Shown here: piece by piece, positions 1 to 9,618 of the stretch
Layout: each line of letters begins with the position of its first letter
How positions within the stretch are numbered: position 1 is the first letter of the stretch
DNA from: Bacteroidaceae bacterium
GTDB taxonomy: Bacteria > Bacteroidota > Bacteroidia > Bacteroidales > Bacteroidaceae
DNA length: 45,032 nucleotides
Direction: 5' to 3'
Assembly: GCA_045644005.1 (NCBI GenBank)
Contig: JAZRGF010000119.1
Span: 1 to 45,032 of the forward strand
Notes under the pieces: generated by a model
Database searches by the model: none
What the model saw: only the letters and a program-made list of their open reading frames with translations
What the model was told of the DNA's origin: nothing
Translations under genes and position numbers: made by a program

Positions 1-1
1 T

Positions 2-442
2 CATGATGAAATGGGATTTTTAGAAAATTTTAAGATAGATGGTAAACTCCTAATGAATATAATAGACAACAACGAGTCAATAAAAATTACTAAAAAGGTT
101 GTTAAATCCTACATTGGATATGACGATAATGGTTATCCTTATAATTGTAAATATCAACCCAACAAAGAAAAATACGGAATTTTATTTGATGGGTACAAGA
201 ATAAGGCCGAAGGAGTCCTTTTCTATGATTTTGGAGTTCAGAACTATGATGTGAGTTTTAAGTATAAGGGAAAGGATTATTATTTGTTGACAGAACCTGA
301 TCATGTGGCTGTGTGCGATGACCATTTCACAGAGGAGTACGAGATTTATACAGATGCCATGGACTTGATTGAAAATTTTAAAATTGACGGTAGGCCTTTG
401 ATTGACCTGATGGACGAAATAGAGGAGATTGACCCTGAGTGA
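2..442 (+). CDS. hypothetical protein made of tandem ~115-aa modules; reading frame is open to the window edge, so probably 5'-truncated
   Basis: ORF track gives 11..442, but codons 2-10 (HDE) are in frame with no stop. Its first 20 aa (MGFLENFKIDGKLLMNIIDN) resemble its own C-terminus (MDLIENFKIDGRPLIDLMDE). This implies a preceding module is fused to this one. The region is AT-rich relative to the rest of the window. Confidence 0.5.
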   Translation, partial: HDEMGFLENFKIDGKLLMNIIDNNESIKITKKVVKSYIGYDDNGYPYNCKYQPNKEKYGILFDGYKNKAEGVLFYDFGVQNYDVSFKYKGKDYYLLTEPDHVAVCDDHFTEEYEIYTDAMDLIENFKIDGRPLIDLMDEIEEIDPE

Positions 443-462
443 TAACCAATAATTTCCATAAA

Positions 463-751
463 ATGAATAAACCATATATTATATACGACGAAAAAGGAGA
501 CCCAATAAATGGAAAATACCCACCAAACAAGGAGATGTATGGTGAGGAATTCGGTGCTTACAAGAGTGAGGCAGAAAAGATCTTGTTTCACGAGTTTGCA
601 GTAATGTCATCAGATTTATAATAATACATTTTATAGCGTTAATAAGGAGGCGGATTCAATAACGGTTTCTTGGAATGCATTTTTGCCTGACTCTAAAGTC
701 GTATATAATGAAGAAGAATATCGAGTGAAATATACAAACTCTAAGAAATGA
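463..751 (+). pseudogene. frameshifted or truncated paralog of the preceding module
   Basis: ATG at 463 is in frame with ORF 439..621. MNKPYIIYDEKGDPINGKYPPNKEMYGEEFGAYKSEAEKILFHEFAV aligns at about 50% identity with VKSYIGYDDNGYPYNCKYQPNKEKYGILFDGYKNKAEGVLFYDFGV of ORF1. After the TAA at 619-621 the similarity continues in the +1 frame (605-751): YNNTF...NEEEYRVKYTN versus YDVSF...TEEYEIYTD. Confidence 0.45.
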
Positions 752-768
752 ACAGAGATTATAATAAT

Positions 769-800
769 CAACGAAGGTGACCTGCAAGTCACCTTCGTTG
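769..800. terminator. bidirectional hairpin terminator
   Basis: Perfect 13-bp stem CAACGAAGGTGAC / GTCACCTTCGTTG with loop CTGCAA, lying between convergent genes. Confidence 0.6.
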
Positions 801-811
801 ATTATTTGTCA

Positions 812-2995
812 TTACCACCACTTTGCGGGGGTGTCGCTCATCTCAATTGTGAGCGTGCCGCCTGCAGCAATGTCGCTGTGCTCAATGTATGGCAGGCTGT
901 GTGGCTTGCCGTTGAGTTTTATGCTCTTGATGTAGATGTTTTTGTCGCTGTTATTGATTGTTTCGATAATGAACTTACCGCCTTTGACGGTGAGTTCGGC
1001 GCGGTCAACGGTGGGCGAACCGAACCAGTAACGTGCGCCGGCAGGCTCAACCTGGTAGAATCCGAGTGCCGACATCAGGTACCATGCCGACATCTGTCCC
1101 ATATCCTCGTTGCCCGAGAGACCGTCGAAATTGTTGCGGTACTGTGTTGCCATCACCTCGCGCACGCGCTCTGCTGTCTTCTGTGGCTCGCCAAGCATTG
1201 TATAAAGGTAAAGGATGTGGTGGCTTGGCTCGTTGCCGTGGGCGAACTGGCCAATCATGCCCGAGATGTCGGGCGATGCGTCGCCGTCAACTGTCGATGG
1301 TGCAAGGAACAGTGAGTCAAGGCGTGCAATGCATGCCTCCTTGCTGCCGAACATCTGTGCATAGTTGTCAATGTCATGGGGTACCAACCATGTGTACTGC
1401 CAAGCATTGCCCTCACAGTAGTCGTTGGCACGGTGAGCCGAGAAGTAGGGGTTGAACGGTGTGCGGAACTTGCCCTCTTCGTCTACACCGCGAATGAAAC
1501 CTGTCTCCTTGTCGAAGAATGTGCGGTAGCTGTGGCTCATCTTGGTGAAGTGCTCATAGTCGGCCTCTTTGCCAAGCGCCTTTGCTGCGTTGGCTGCTGC
1601 CGCATCGGCAATGGCATACTCCATGTCAAAGGCAACGGCCTCACTGAAGATGTCGCATGGGATGTAACCATGCTTCAGGCGGTGCTCCTTTCCGCGCTCC
1701 TCAACGGCTGCGGTCTGCTTGATGGCAGCGAATGCCGCTTCGTGGTCAAAGCCCTCTATGCCCTTTACAATGGCGTCGGCAACAACGGGTATGCCCGGGT
1801 CGCCCACCATGCAGTCGGTCTCATTGCCCCAAAGATGCCATACCGGGAGGTCGCCCTGCTTGTCGCAGATGTCGACCATTGTGGCAACGAACTCGCCGGC
1901 CTTCGCCGGGTTGATGATTGTCATCAGCGGCTGCTTTGCGCGGTATGTGTCCCAGAGCGAGAAACATGTGTAGCGTGGCTTGTCGCTGTTGTATACCTGG
2001 TCATCGGCACCGCGGTAGTCACCGTTGACGTCGCTGAAGAGCATTGGAGCAATAGTCGCGTGGTACATTGCAGTGTAGAAGATTTTCTTCTGCTCCGGGT
2101 CTTTGATATTTACCTTTATGCGTGAGAGTTCGTTCTCCCAAGCCTCGACAGCTGCTGCCTGAACGGCTGCGAAATCCCAACCGGGTAGCTCGCTTTCAAG
2201 AGCAAGCTTTGCGCCGTCGATGCTCACGGGAGAGATTGCCACCTTGAGCATAACCTCCTCGCCGGCTGCTGTTGTGAACGAGGCACGGCCGTACATGTTC
2301 TCATACCCATTCAGTTCAAAGCTGTCGAAAGGCTTTGCGAACTCTGCTGCAAAGTAGATGCGCTGGTTCTTTGCCCAGCCCTTTGAGTAGCGGTAACCCA
2401 CAACGCGGTTGTTGCCCTCGGCCTGCATGAATGTCTCGGTGCTCTTGTCCCAGCAGCCGCCGTTCTCAAGGTCAATGATAATGGCAGCCTCATGGCTCTC
2501 GGGGAAAGTGTAGCGGTGCAATCCCACGCGTGCTGTTGCAGTCAGTTCGGCCTTGATACCGTAACGCATGAGGGGTACGCTGTAGTAGCCAGGCTTCACA
2601 ATCTCGTTTGTGCGCTCGGCCATTGACCACATGCCGCTGTATGGGTTGTCAATGGTTCCGCGCTCATACAGTACTTCGCCGGTTACCGGCATCACGGTAA
2701 CATCAAAGAGGTCGCCGATACCTGTTCCGCTCAAGTGCGTGTGCGAGAAACCTATCACCGACGCCTCGTCCTGGTGGTAGCCCGAGCACCAGTCCCATGT
2801 CTGGTTGATGCTGGTAGGGCCCAACTGCACCATACCGAAAGGTACGCTTGCACCCACGAATACGTGACCGTGTCCGCCGCTACCGATGAGCGGGTTCACA
2901 TAGTCGGTCAATCTCTCCTGCTGCTCTGCAGGCTGCTGTGCACATGCTGCAAATAGCAGCGCAAGTGCCATTATGCTGTTCTTCATTATCTTCAT
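812..2995 (-). CDS. GH92 family alpha-mannosidase, secreted or lipoprotein
   Basis: 727 aa. Signal peptide MKNSIMALALLFAAC. GH92 hallmarks include NPLIGSGGHGHVFVGASVPFGMVQLGP and GFSHTHLSGTGIGD; the length is typical of the family. Its ATG overlaps the upstream gene's stop (ATGA at 2992-2995). Confidence 0.9.
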   Translation of the reverse strand: MKIMKNSIMALALLFAACAQQPAEQQERLTDYVNPLIGSGGHGHVFVGASVPFGMVQLGPTSINQTWDWCSGYHQDEASVIGFSHTHLSGTGIGDLFDVTVMPVTGEVLYERGTIDNPYSGMWSMAERTNEIVKPGYYSVPLMRYGIKAELTATARVGLHRYTFPESHEAAIIIDLENGGCWDKSTETFMQAEGNNRVVGYRYSKGWAKNQRIYFAAEFAKPFDSFELNGYENMYGRASFTTAAGEEVMLKVAISPVSIDGAKLALESELPGWDFAAVQAAAVEAWENELSRIKVNIKDPEQKKIFYTAMYHATIAPMLFSDVNGDYRGADDQVYNSDKPRYTCFSLWDTYRAKQPLMTIINPAKAGEFVATMVDICDKQGDLPVWHLWGNETDCMVGDPGIPVVADAIVKGIEGFDHEAAFAAIKQTAAVEERGKEHRLKHGYIPCDIFSEAVAFDMEYAIADAAAANAAKALGKEADYEHFTKMSHSYRTFFDKETGFIRGVDEEGKFRTPFNPYFSAHRANDYCEGNAWQYTWLVPHDIDNYAQMFGSKEACIARLDSLFLAPSTVDGDASPDISGMIGQFAHGNEPSHHILYLYTMLGEPQKTAERVREVMATQYRNNFDGLSGNEDMGQMSAWYLMSALGFYQVEPAGARYWFGSPTVDRAELTVKGGKFIIETINNSDKNIYIKSIKLNGKPHSLPYIEHSDIAAGGTLTIEMSDTPAKWW

Positions 2996-5238
2996 TTTGC
3001 CTCTTTTTTAAGTGTGAGCTTTATGTTTGCGTTGTCTGTCAACTGCTTGTGTGTTATGCGGTAGCCGCTTGGCTTGCCACTGACCTCAATCTTGTCAATA
3101 TAGTGGCAATCGGCAGTGGGGCGGTCGCACTCAATTGTAATCTTCTCGTTAGGGGTGTTTATGAGTACCTTGTCGAACACCGGTGTTGTGATGGTGTATG
3201 TGGGTTCGCCGGGGCAGTCGGGGTAGACACCCATCATTGAGAACACTGCCCATGCCGACATTGTGCCTGTGTCGTCGTTGCCTGGGATGCCGTCGGGCGC
3301 ATTCTTGTAGTGGTTGTCGAGGATGTTCTTCACCTCCTTCTGTGTGCGCCACTCCTCGCCCTTTATGCGGCTGAAAAGGTAGGCATATACGATGTCGGGC
3401 TCGTTAGCGGGGTCATAGTGACCGTTGTCGAACACACCCTGCAGGCTGTTGACGAAGTCCTTCTTGCCACCCATGAGCTTTGTCAGGCCGCCCAAGTCAT
3501 GCGGTACGGCAAATGTGTAGCACCATGCCGATGCCTCGTGGGAGCCGGGCACGTTCTCGAAGTTCTTGCCTGTGGCAGGGTCAAAGTCGCCAAGGAACTT
3601 GCCCTCCTTTGTGAGCGGGCGCAGTGTGCCGTGCTCCTTGCAGAAGTAGCGGCGGTAGCTCTGCGAGCGCTTGATGAACTCCTTTGCGCGTGCCTTGTTG
3701 CCAAGTGAGTCGGCAAGCTGTGCAATGGCATAGTCGGCCGAGCAGTATTCAAGGGCATGTGACACGAGGTTGTCGCCCGCGAGGTCATTGGAGAAGTACC
3801 ACAATGGGATATATCCATCTTTTACATAAGGGTCGATGTCGGGGCGTATGAGGTTGTTCTTGCCCTCGGTGGTTGCCGACTTGAGCATTGCCTCACAGGC
3901 TGTCTCGATGTCAAAGTCGCGCAAGCCCTTTATCCAGCTGTCGGCAATGACAATGGCTGCGGGGTCGCCTTCCATTGTGAATGTCTCGCGGCCGAAAAGT
4001 TCCCAACGTGGCAGCCATCCCCAATCCTCGTACATTCCAACCATTGTGCGCAGCATGTCCATCTGGCGCTCGGGGTATACAAGTGTGAGCAACTGGTGCA
4101 GGTTACGGTATGTGTCCCACAAAGAGAACACAGTGTAACGTGTGTGGTCACTCTTTCCTGTCTCGCCATTCTCCATCTTGGGGTATTCGCCGTTTACATC
4201 GCTGATGATGCTTGGATGGATGAGCGCGTGGTAAAGGGCTGTGTAGAAGATTGTCTGCTGGTCTTTTGTGCCACCCTCTATGCTTATGCGGCCCAGGTCG
4301 TTGTTCCACTGCTCTACAGCCTGTGCATGGACTGCGTCAAACTCCTTGCCCTGCTGCTCGGCATTGAGGTTCTCTCTCGCATTTTCAATTGAAACGAAAG
4401 AGACTCCCATCTGCACGGTAATCTGTTCTCCCTCGGCAAGGTTGTCATAGCAGAAACGGTAGCCGATGTTGTCGCCGGCAACCTCGCGGTAGTAGTTCTC
4501 GTAGAGCTTGTATGTGCCGTCATCGGGGGTCCACTCGGCCTCTACACCGGTGAGTTGTGGCTGGAACTTCCACGCACCTTCGCTTGTGGGGACTTTTGAC
4601 ACGCGCATAACAAAATATACGGGGAATACAGCTTGTGTGGTGTAGCAGAACGTGCCAAGTAGTTTGAATCCCTCTACCTCGGTGTTGCTCACACGGCGCA
4701 CCATTGCACCACATTCGTTCGATAATCCTTGTCCCAGGTTCAGTATGATGTTACCCTTGCCTGCAGGGAAGGTGTAGCGTTCGCACGACGAGCGTGTAGT
4801 AGCTGTCACCTCGGTCTTTATGCCGTACTTGGTCAACAGGTTGCTGTAGTAACCCGGTGAGGCCTTTTCGCCGGTGTATTCCGAGCCGTAGCTGCAATAG
4901 TTCACATCAAGCTCGCCGCTTGTGCGCATAACCAGGAGCTACGATGCCTCGGGACACCCCACGCCGCTCAGGGCAACATGGGCATAGCCGGTGAAGAATT
5001 TGTTGTTGTACTCATAGGGTGCCGACCACCAGCGCTGGTCCTTGTCAAAGACATTGAGGTCCGAACCCATTACGTTGAACGGGACAACCGACATCATGCC
5101 GTTTGGAGTGACAGCACCGGGGTTGGTGGTACCGAAATTGGTTGTTCCAATGAATGGGTTCACCAAGTCGGCAGGTTTCTGCGCCGCCACTGCAAAAGGG
5201 GCAAGCAGCAACAGCAGTGATATTAATCTCTTTATCAT
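2992..5238 (-). pseudogene. GH92 family alpha-mannosidase interrupted by one in-frame TAG (4939-4941)
   Basis: ORFs 4939..5238 (99 aa, signal peptide plus NPFIGTTNFGTTNPGAVTPNGMMSVVPF...SGVGCPEAS) and 2992..4929 (645 aa) are in the same frame. They read ...GVGCPEAS-TAG-LLV-MRTSGEL... The joined length of about 748 aa matches full-length GH92. Confidence 0.85.
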
Positions 5239-5243
5239 AACGC

Positions 5244-6350
5244 TTATGCCTGTTTCTTGTCAAGTTCGCTGAGTGCAAAAGCGTAAGCGCCAACCGATAC
5301 GGCCTTGCTTGCACCGAGCTTTGAAATTGCTATGCCCACTCGTTTCTGGCAGTCGTAGTCTACGTATCTGTCCTCTCCGTAAACCTTCACTTTTTTGGTT
5401 TCGCCCTTTGCAAAAAGCTCGAATTCATCGGTATTTTCCAGGTCATAGACCTTCATCTGTACAAGGTTTACCTCGTCGCCGCCAAGAGTGCGTAGCTTTG
5501 AACGCATCTCCTCAAGCAAAGCTGGCATAATCCAACGGCTTGCAGCTGAAACGCCGCCACCAATAACTACGAGGCCGTCAATGATGGTCACGGCTGTGGA
5601 GATTGCAGCACCGGCGACGCGTCCCAGTGATGCGAAAGCCTCCTTTGCTGCAGCCTGGTTGCCCTCGCGTGTGCCGTCGGCAATCTCGCATATGTCCTTT
5701 GGAGTGAGGCCGTGGTCGGGGTTACCGCTCTGTTCGCCATATACGCGGCAAACGGCACGTATTGCAACACCGTCCTCCACAATCACATCGGGCATATCCC
5801 TGTGGCGCAGACAGAATGTCTCAACACATGAGTTGTCACCACGGTTAAGGTTATTGTCTATGACCACACCAATGCCGAATCCGGTGCCAAGGGTGTAACC
5901 GATGAGGTTCTTGTACTGCTTGGTAGAGCCAAGCTCCTTCAGACGGCTGTTGATCTCGGGCAACATGCCGCAGAGTGCCTCGCCATAGGCAAAGAGATCG
6001 CCGTCGTTGTTGATGAACACGGGCACGCCGAACTTGCTCTCGAGGAACGCGCCAAGTGCCACACCGTCGCGGAACGATGGGAAGTTGGGCAGGTAGCCGC
6101 CGATGATGCCGTTAGGATAGTCGGCCGGGCCGGGGAATGCGAAACTGATGGCAACAGGTTTTTCCTCCAGCTTGTCGAATACCTGTTGGAAACCGTTGAC
6201 CATGTTCTGCAAACAGAGGTCAAGGTCGTGTGACTGTGCCGGAACCGATACCGGGTCAATGATGAACTCGCCGGCTCTCATGGCACCGAAAACGAAATTA
6301 GTGCCACCGGCGTCCAGTGTGGCTACAATGCGGTTGTCTTTCTTGTACAT
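5244..6350 (-). CDS. ROK/ASKHA-superfamily sugar kinase (possible hexose or mannose kinase)
   Basis: 368 aa. N-terminal phosphate-1 motif ATLDAGGTNFVFGA and glycine-rich TLGTGFGIGVVIDNN. Lies 5 nt upstream of GH92 in the same operon. Confidence 0.6.
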   Translation of the reverse strand: MYKKDNRIVATLDAGGTNFVFGAMRAGEFIIDPVSVPAQSHDLDLCLQNMVNGFQQVFDKLEEKPVAISFAFPGPADYPNGIIGGYLPNFPSFRDGVALGAFLESKFGVPVFINNDGDLFAYGEALCGMLPEINSRLKELGSTKQYKNLIGYTLGTGFGIGVVIDNNLNRGDNSCVETFCLRHRDMPDVIVEDGVAIRAVCRVYGEQSGNPDHGLTPKDICEIADGTREGNQAAAKEAFASLGRVAGAAISTAVTIIDGLVVIGGGVSAASRWIMPALLEEMRSKLRTLGGDEVNLVQMKVYDLENTDEFELFAKGETKKVKVYGEDRYVDYDCQKRVGIAISKLGASKAVSVGAYAFALSELDKKQA

Positions 6351-6419
6351 AGTTATAAGTTTTTATTTTTCTGTTATTGCTTTTGAGTATTCCTTGATTA
6401 TCTCTATTGTAGTGGTGTC

Positions 6420-7667
6420 TCAATCAGAAACCGAGTACCATCCCTGTGGCTCGTGAGGGGGGTCGCTAAGGTAGTCGTCGCCGGCCTGCCATACAAGGTC
6501 GCGTGGACGGCCGCTACCACCCCAGCCCCAGAAATTACAGCCGGCAATGGGGTTGCCTTGCTCCAAGCTGTTCTTCACCTGCTCAAAGATGTAGCGGTAG
6601 AAGGTGTCGCGGCTCTCGGTAGTGGGCTCTGTGCCCGAAATGTTGTCCTTGCGTGAGTAACCGAACTCCTCAATGACAAGCGGCTTGTTCAGCCTTTTTG
6701 CAAGCTCAATGTGCTCGGCAATGTACTTGCCGCTCTCAATGCAGGCGTTCTCAATGCCGCTGTCGGGGTTCGAGCGTGGAGCCCAGCCCCAGTTCACCGG
6801 CCATATGTGTATGGTCAGGTAGTCGATATTCTCGTCGGCATGGATCTTCTCGCACAGTTCCATGTCAACCTCGCAGCCTATGTAACCCTCGCTGCCGGTG
6901 GATACCAAGTGGTTGGGGTCAATGCTCTTTATGAGTGCTGCGGCCTCTGAAATCCATTGCGCGAATGCGGCCTTGTTGTCCTTTGCAAAGGGGCGCGGCT
7001 CGTTGCAGAGCTGCCATGCCATGATTGCAGGCTCGTCCTTGTACTGGCGGCCGGTGATGCTGTTCTTGCGCGAAATAATGGCTCTTATGTAGTCATAATA
7101 CATACCAATGGCTTTTGGTTCGCGCGAGAAGTTGGCGCAATACTCTACATACTTGTTGTAGCCCCCATCTTCATTGGTGTTGGGGGAGTCGCCATAGCCG
7201 CACTCCTTGAGGTAGAAACCGTAGCCTCCGCTCCAGTCCCAGGCGTTGTTCAGGTAGATGACTGCATCCATGCCGCGTTTGTCAAGCTCGGCTATAACAA
7301 AGTCCAGTCCTTGGAGAATTGTGTCATTGAGCACTCCCGGTGCTGTCTGCAGGTATGGCTTTGCCGGGTTGGCAAGTGCACTGCCGGCGTCGGGGCCTGT
7401 GAGAATCCTGAGGTTGGTGACACCAATCTCATTCAGGTGGTCAAGCTCGCGGCACAGCCGTTCTCTGTTGCCGCCTTCGCCCTCGGAACCAAGAACCGAG
7501 GCGTACCACATGTTTGTACCAATGTAGTGATAGGGCTTGCCGTCCTTTATCAACTCCACACCATTCCTGGTGATAACCTGTCTGTCAGTGTCCGTTGCAG
7601 TGCTGCAACCCGAAATCATTGCTGCCGCCATAACGAGCAGAGAGCATATTGTTTTCCGTGTTCTCAT
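6420..7667 (-). CDS. GH5 family glycoside hydrolase (beta-mannanase/cellulase-like) lipoprotein
   Basis: Start placed at MRTRKTICSLLVMAAAMISGC (lipobox; ATG at 7667). Acid/base motif WQLCNEPR and nucleophile motif PLVIEEFG are typical of GH5. Confidence 0.8.
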   Translation of the reverse strand: MRTRKTICSLLVMAAAMISGCSTATDTDRQVITRNGVELIKDGKPYHYIGTNMWYASVLGSEGEGGNRERLCRELDHLNEIGVTNLRILTGPDAGSALANPAKPYLQTAPGVLNDTILQGLDFVIAELDKRGMDAVIYLNNAWDWSGGYGFYLKECGYGDSPNTNEDGGYNKYVEYCANFSREPKAIGMYYDYIRAIISRKNSITGRQYKDEPAIMAWQLCNEPRPFAKDNKAAFAQWISEAAALIKSIDPNHLVSTGSEGYIGCEVDMELCEKIHADENIDYLTIHIWPVNWGWAPRSNPDSGIENACIESGKYIAEHIELAKRLNKPLVIEEFGYSRKDNISGTEPTTESRDTFYRYIFEQVKNSLEQGNPIAGCNFWGWGGSGRPRDLVWQAGDDYLSDPPHEPQGWYSVSD

Positions 7668-7811
7668 GGTAGAATTTGCGATATAATTGCGAAGATAGCA
7701 AAATGAATCAAATAACATCTGCTTTTTGTGCAGAGAATGAGGTTTTAATTCTATAATGTGTGAATTTTGTATTTTTTCTGCCGGCGATTGCCTTTTTGAC
7801 CACAATTTGTA

Positions 7812-7819
7812 TATCTTTG
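7812..7819 (+). promoter_or_regulatory. Bacteroidota -7 promoter box (TAnnTTTG)
   Basis: TATCTTTG about 100 nt upstream of the slyD ATG. Confidence 0.35.
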
Positions 7820-7917
7820 CTATTTGATAACATAAAATGTCAAATGTGCCTGTTGTGATTAGGGCATGGTGCATTACGGTAAAATTGAAGGCAAAACATT
7901 AAAATTCAATAAATATT

Positions 7918-8496
7918 ATGGGAAACGAAAACAAATATCTACGTGTGGCATACACCCTTTTGTCACACCGTAACGGTGAGTGTGAAGAGGTTGAAAAGAC
8001 AACCCGTGAGCAACCTTTTGCATTCTTGACAGGCGTTGGTTATACGCTCGATGCATTCGAGGAGAACCTCAAGGATTTGAAGAAAGGCGATGAGTTTGAC
8101 TTTACAATTCCATTTGCCGACGCTTATGGCGAGTATGACCCCGACCATGTCCAGGATTTTGACCGCGAGGTGTTTACCATTGACGGCAAGTTCGACTCTG
8201 CTCACATATACGAGGGCAATGTGGTTGAGATGATGCGCGCCGACGGTTCTCCAATCCTTGGTACAGTGAAGGAGGTGACTCCTTTGAAAGTGGTGATGGA
8301 TTTCAACCATCCGCTTGCGGGTTGCGACCTTCAGTTCATTGGTAATGTGGTTGAGGCTCGTCCTGCAAAGGAGCCGGAACTGAAGAAATTCTATGACTCG
8401 TTGAAGGCCTCTTGCAGTTGCGGAGGCGGTTGCAGCGGCTGCAATGGTGGTAGCTGTGGCGGCGACGGCGGTTGCGAGGGTGGTTGTTGTCATTAA
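7918..8496 (+). CDS. slyD: FKBP-type peptidyl-prolyl isomerase, SlyD-like, with a Cys/Gly-rich metal-binding tail
   Basis: 192 aa. SlyD-like FKBP and insert-in-flap core (GDEFDFTIPFADAYGEYD, MDFNHPLAG). C-terminal tail is CSCGGGCSGCNGGSCGGDGGCEGGCCH. Confidence 0.8.
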   Translation: MGNENKYLRVAYTLLSHRNGECEEVEKTTREQPFAFLTGVGYTLDAFEENLKDLKKGDEFDFTIPFADAYGEYDPDHVQDFDREVFTIDGKFDSAHIYEGNVVEMMRADGSPILGTVKEVTPLKVVMDFNHPLAGCDLQFIGNVVEARPAKEPELKKFYDSLKASCSCGGGCSGCNGGSCGGDGGCEGGCCH

Positions 8497-8508
8497 GAAA
8501 CAGGATCC

Positions 8509-9591
8509 ATGAATAGTATTGGCAATCTTTTGCGGCTTACCACGTTCGGTGAGTCGCATGGAGTGGCTATCGGCGGTGTGCTTGACGGCTATCCGGCGGG
8601 TGTGCTCATTGACGAGGAGTTTGTCCGTAGTGAGATGAAACGACGCCGCCCCGGGCAGAGCGCGATTACGACATCGCGTAACGAGGCCGACGAGGTGCAG
8701 TTCCTCTCCGGCATTTTCGAAGGGCGTTCAACAGGTGCGCCCATAGCCTTTACTATCATGAACAGCAATAACCGCAGTGCCGATTACGAAAATCTGCGCG
8801 AGGCTTTCCGTCCATCGCACGCCGATTATGTGTATGACTGCAAATACGGTGTGCGTGACCATCGCGGTGGCGGGCGCTCTTCGGCGCGTGAAACGGCTGT
8901 CAGGGTCTGTGCCGGCGCTTTGGCAAAATTGGCCTTGAAGCAATTGGGCATTGATGTGGTAGCTTACACTTCGCAGGTAGGCGAAATTGCTCTCAATGAT
9001 GGATATGCGGCATATGACCTGTCGCTTGTCGAGAGTAATGCAGTGCGCTGCCCCGATGCGGAGACTGCTGCAATAATGGAACGGCTGATACTTGATGTGA
9101 AACGCGAGGGTGATACAATCGGTGGAGTAGTGACATGTGTCGTGAAGGGTGTTCCTGTGGGCTTGGGCGAGCCGTTGTATTCCAAACTTTCGGCATCGTT
9201 GGCTTCGGCAATGATGTCAATAAATGCAGCCAAGGGATTCGACTATGGAAACGGTTTTGCTGCCGCAACGGGGCGAGGTTCATGGCAGAATGATATTTTC
9301 TACAACGATGGCGGCGCCATTGCAACCCGCACCAATAACAGCGGTGGCATACAGGGCGGAATCTCAAACGGTAATGACATCTATTTCAGGGTTGCTTTCA
9401 AGCCGGTGGCTACATTATTGATGGAGCAGCCTACCGTTACAAAGGGCGGCGAGGAGACGGTGTTGCTCGCACATGGCCGTCACGACCCTTGTGTCGTGCC
9501 GCGTGCCGTGCCTGTAGTAGAGGCTATGGCGGCTTTGGTTGTGCTCGACCACTATCTGCTCGACAGGGCTGCGCGTGGGTTGTTCAATTGA
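8509..9591 (+). CDS. aroC: chorismate synthase
   Basis: 360 aa. [40 protein letters not shown] and [18 protein letters not shown] are classic AroC motifs. Confidence 0.95.
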   Translation: MNSIGNLLRLTTFGESHGVAIGGVLDGYPAGVLIDEEFVRSEMKRRRPGQSAITTSRNEADEVQFLSGIFEGRSTGAPIAFTIMNSNNRSADYENLREAFRPSHADYVYDCKYGVRDHRGGGRSSARETAVRVCAGALAKLALKQLGIDVVAYTSQVGEIALNDGYAAYDLSLVESNAVRCPDAETAAIMERLILDVKREGDTIGGVVTCVVKGVPVGLGEPLYSKLSASLASAMMSINAAKGFDYGNGFAAATGRGSWQNDIFYNDGGAIATRTNNSGGIQGGISNGNDIYFRVAFKPVATLLMEQPTVTKGGEETVLLAHGRHDPCVVPRAVPVVEAMAALVVLDHYLLDRAARGLFN

Positions 9592-9618
9592 ATGGTATTG
9601 TGAAAAACAGATATTCAT

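Noticed and set aside
806-2125. Several 140-250-aa plus-strand ORFs (806..1315, 1033..1455, 1376..2125)
   Set aside because: All are antisense to the GH92 gene, whose product has unmistakable family motifs. The same reasoning applies to 6957..7706, 23737..24462, 41104..41835, 42600..43232, 43698..44177 and the other shadow ORFs opposite strong genes.
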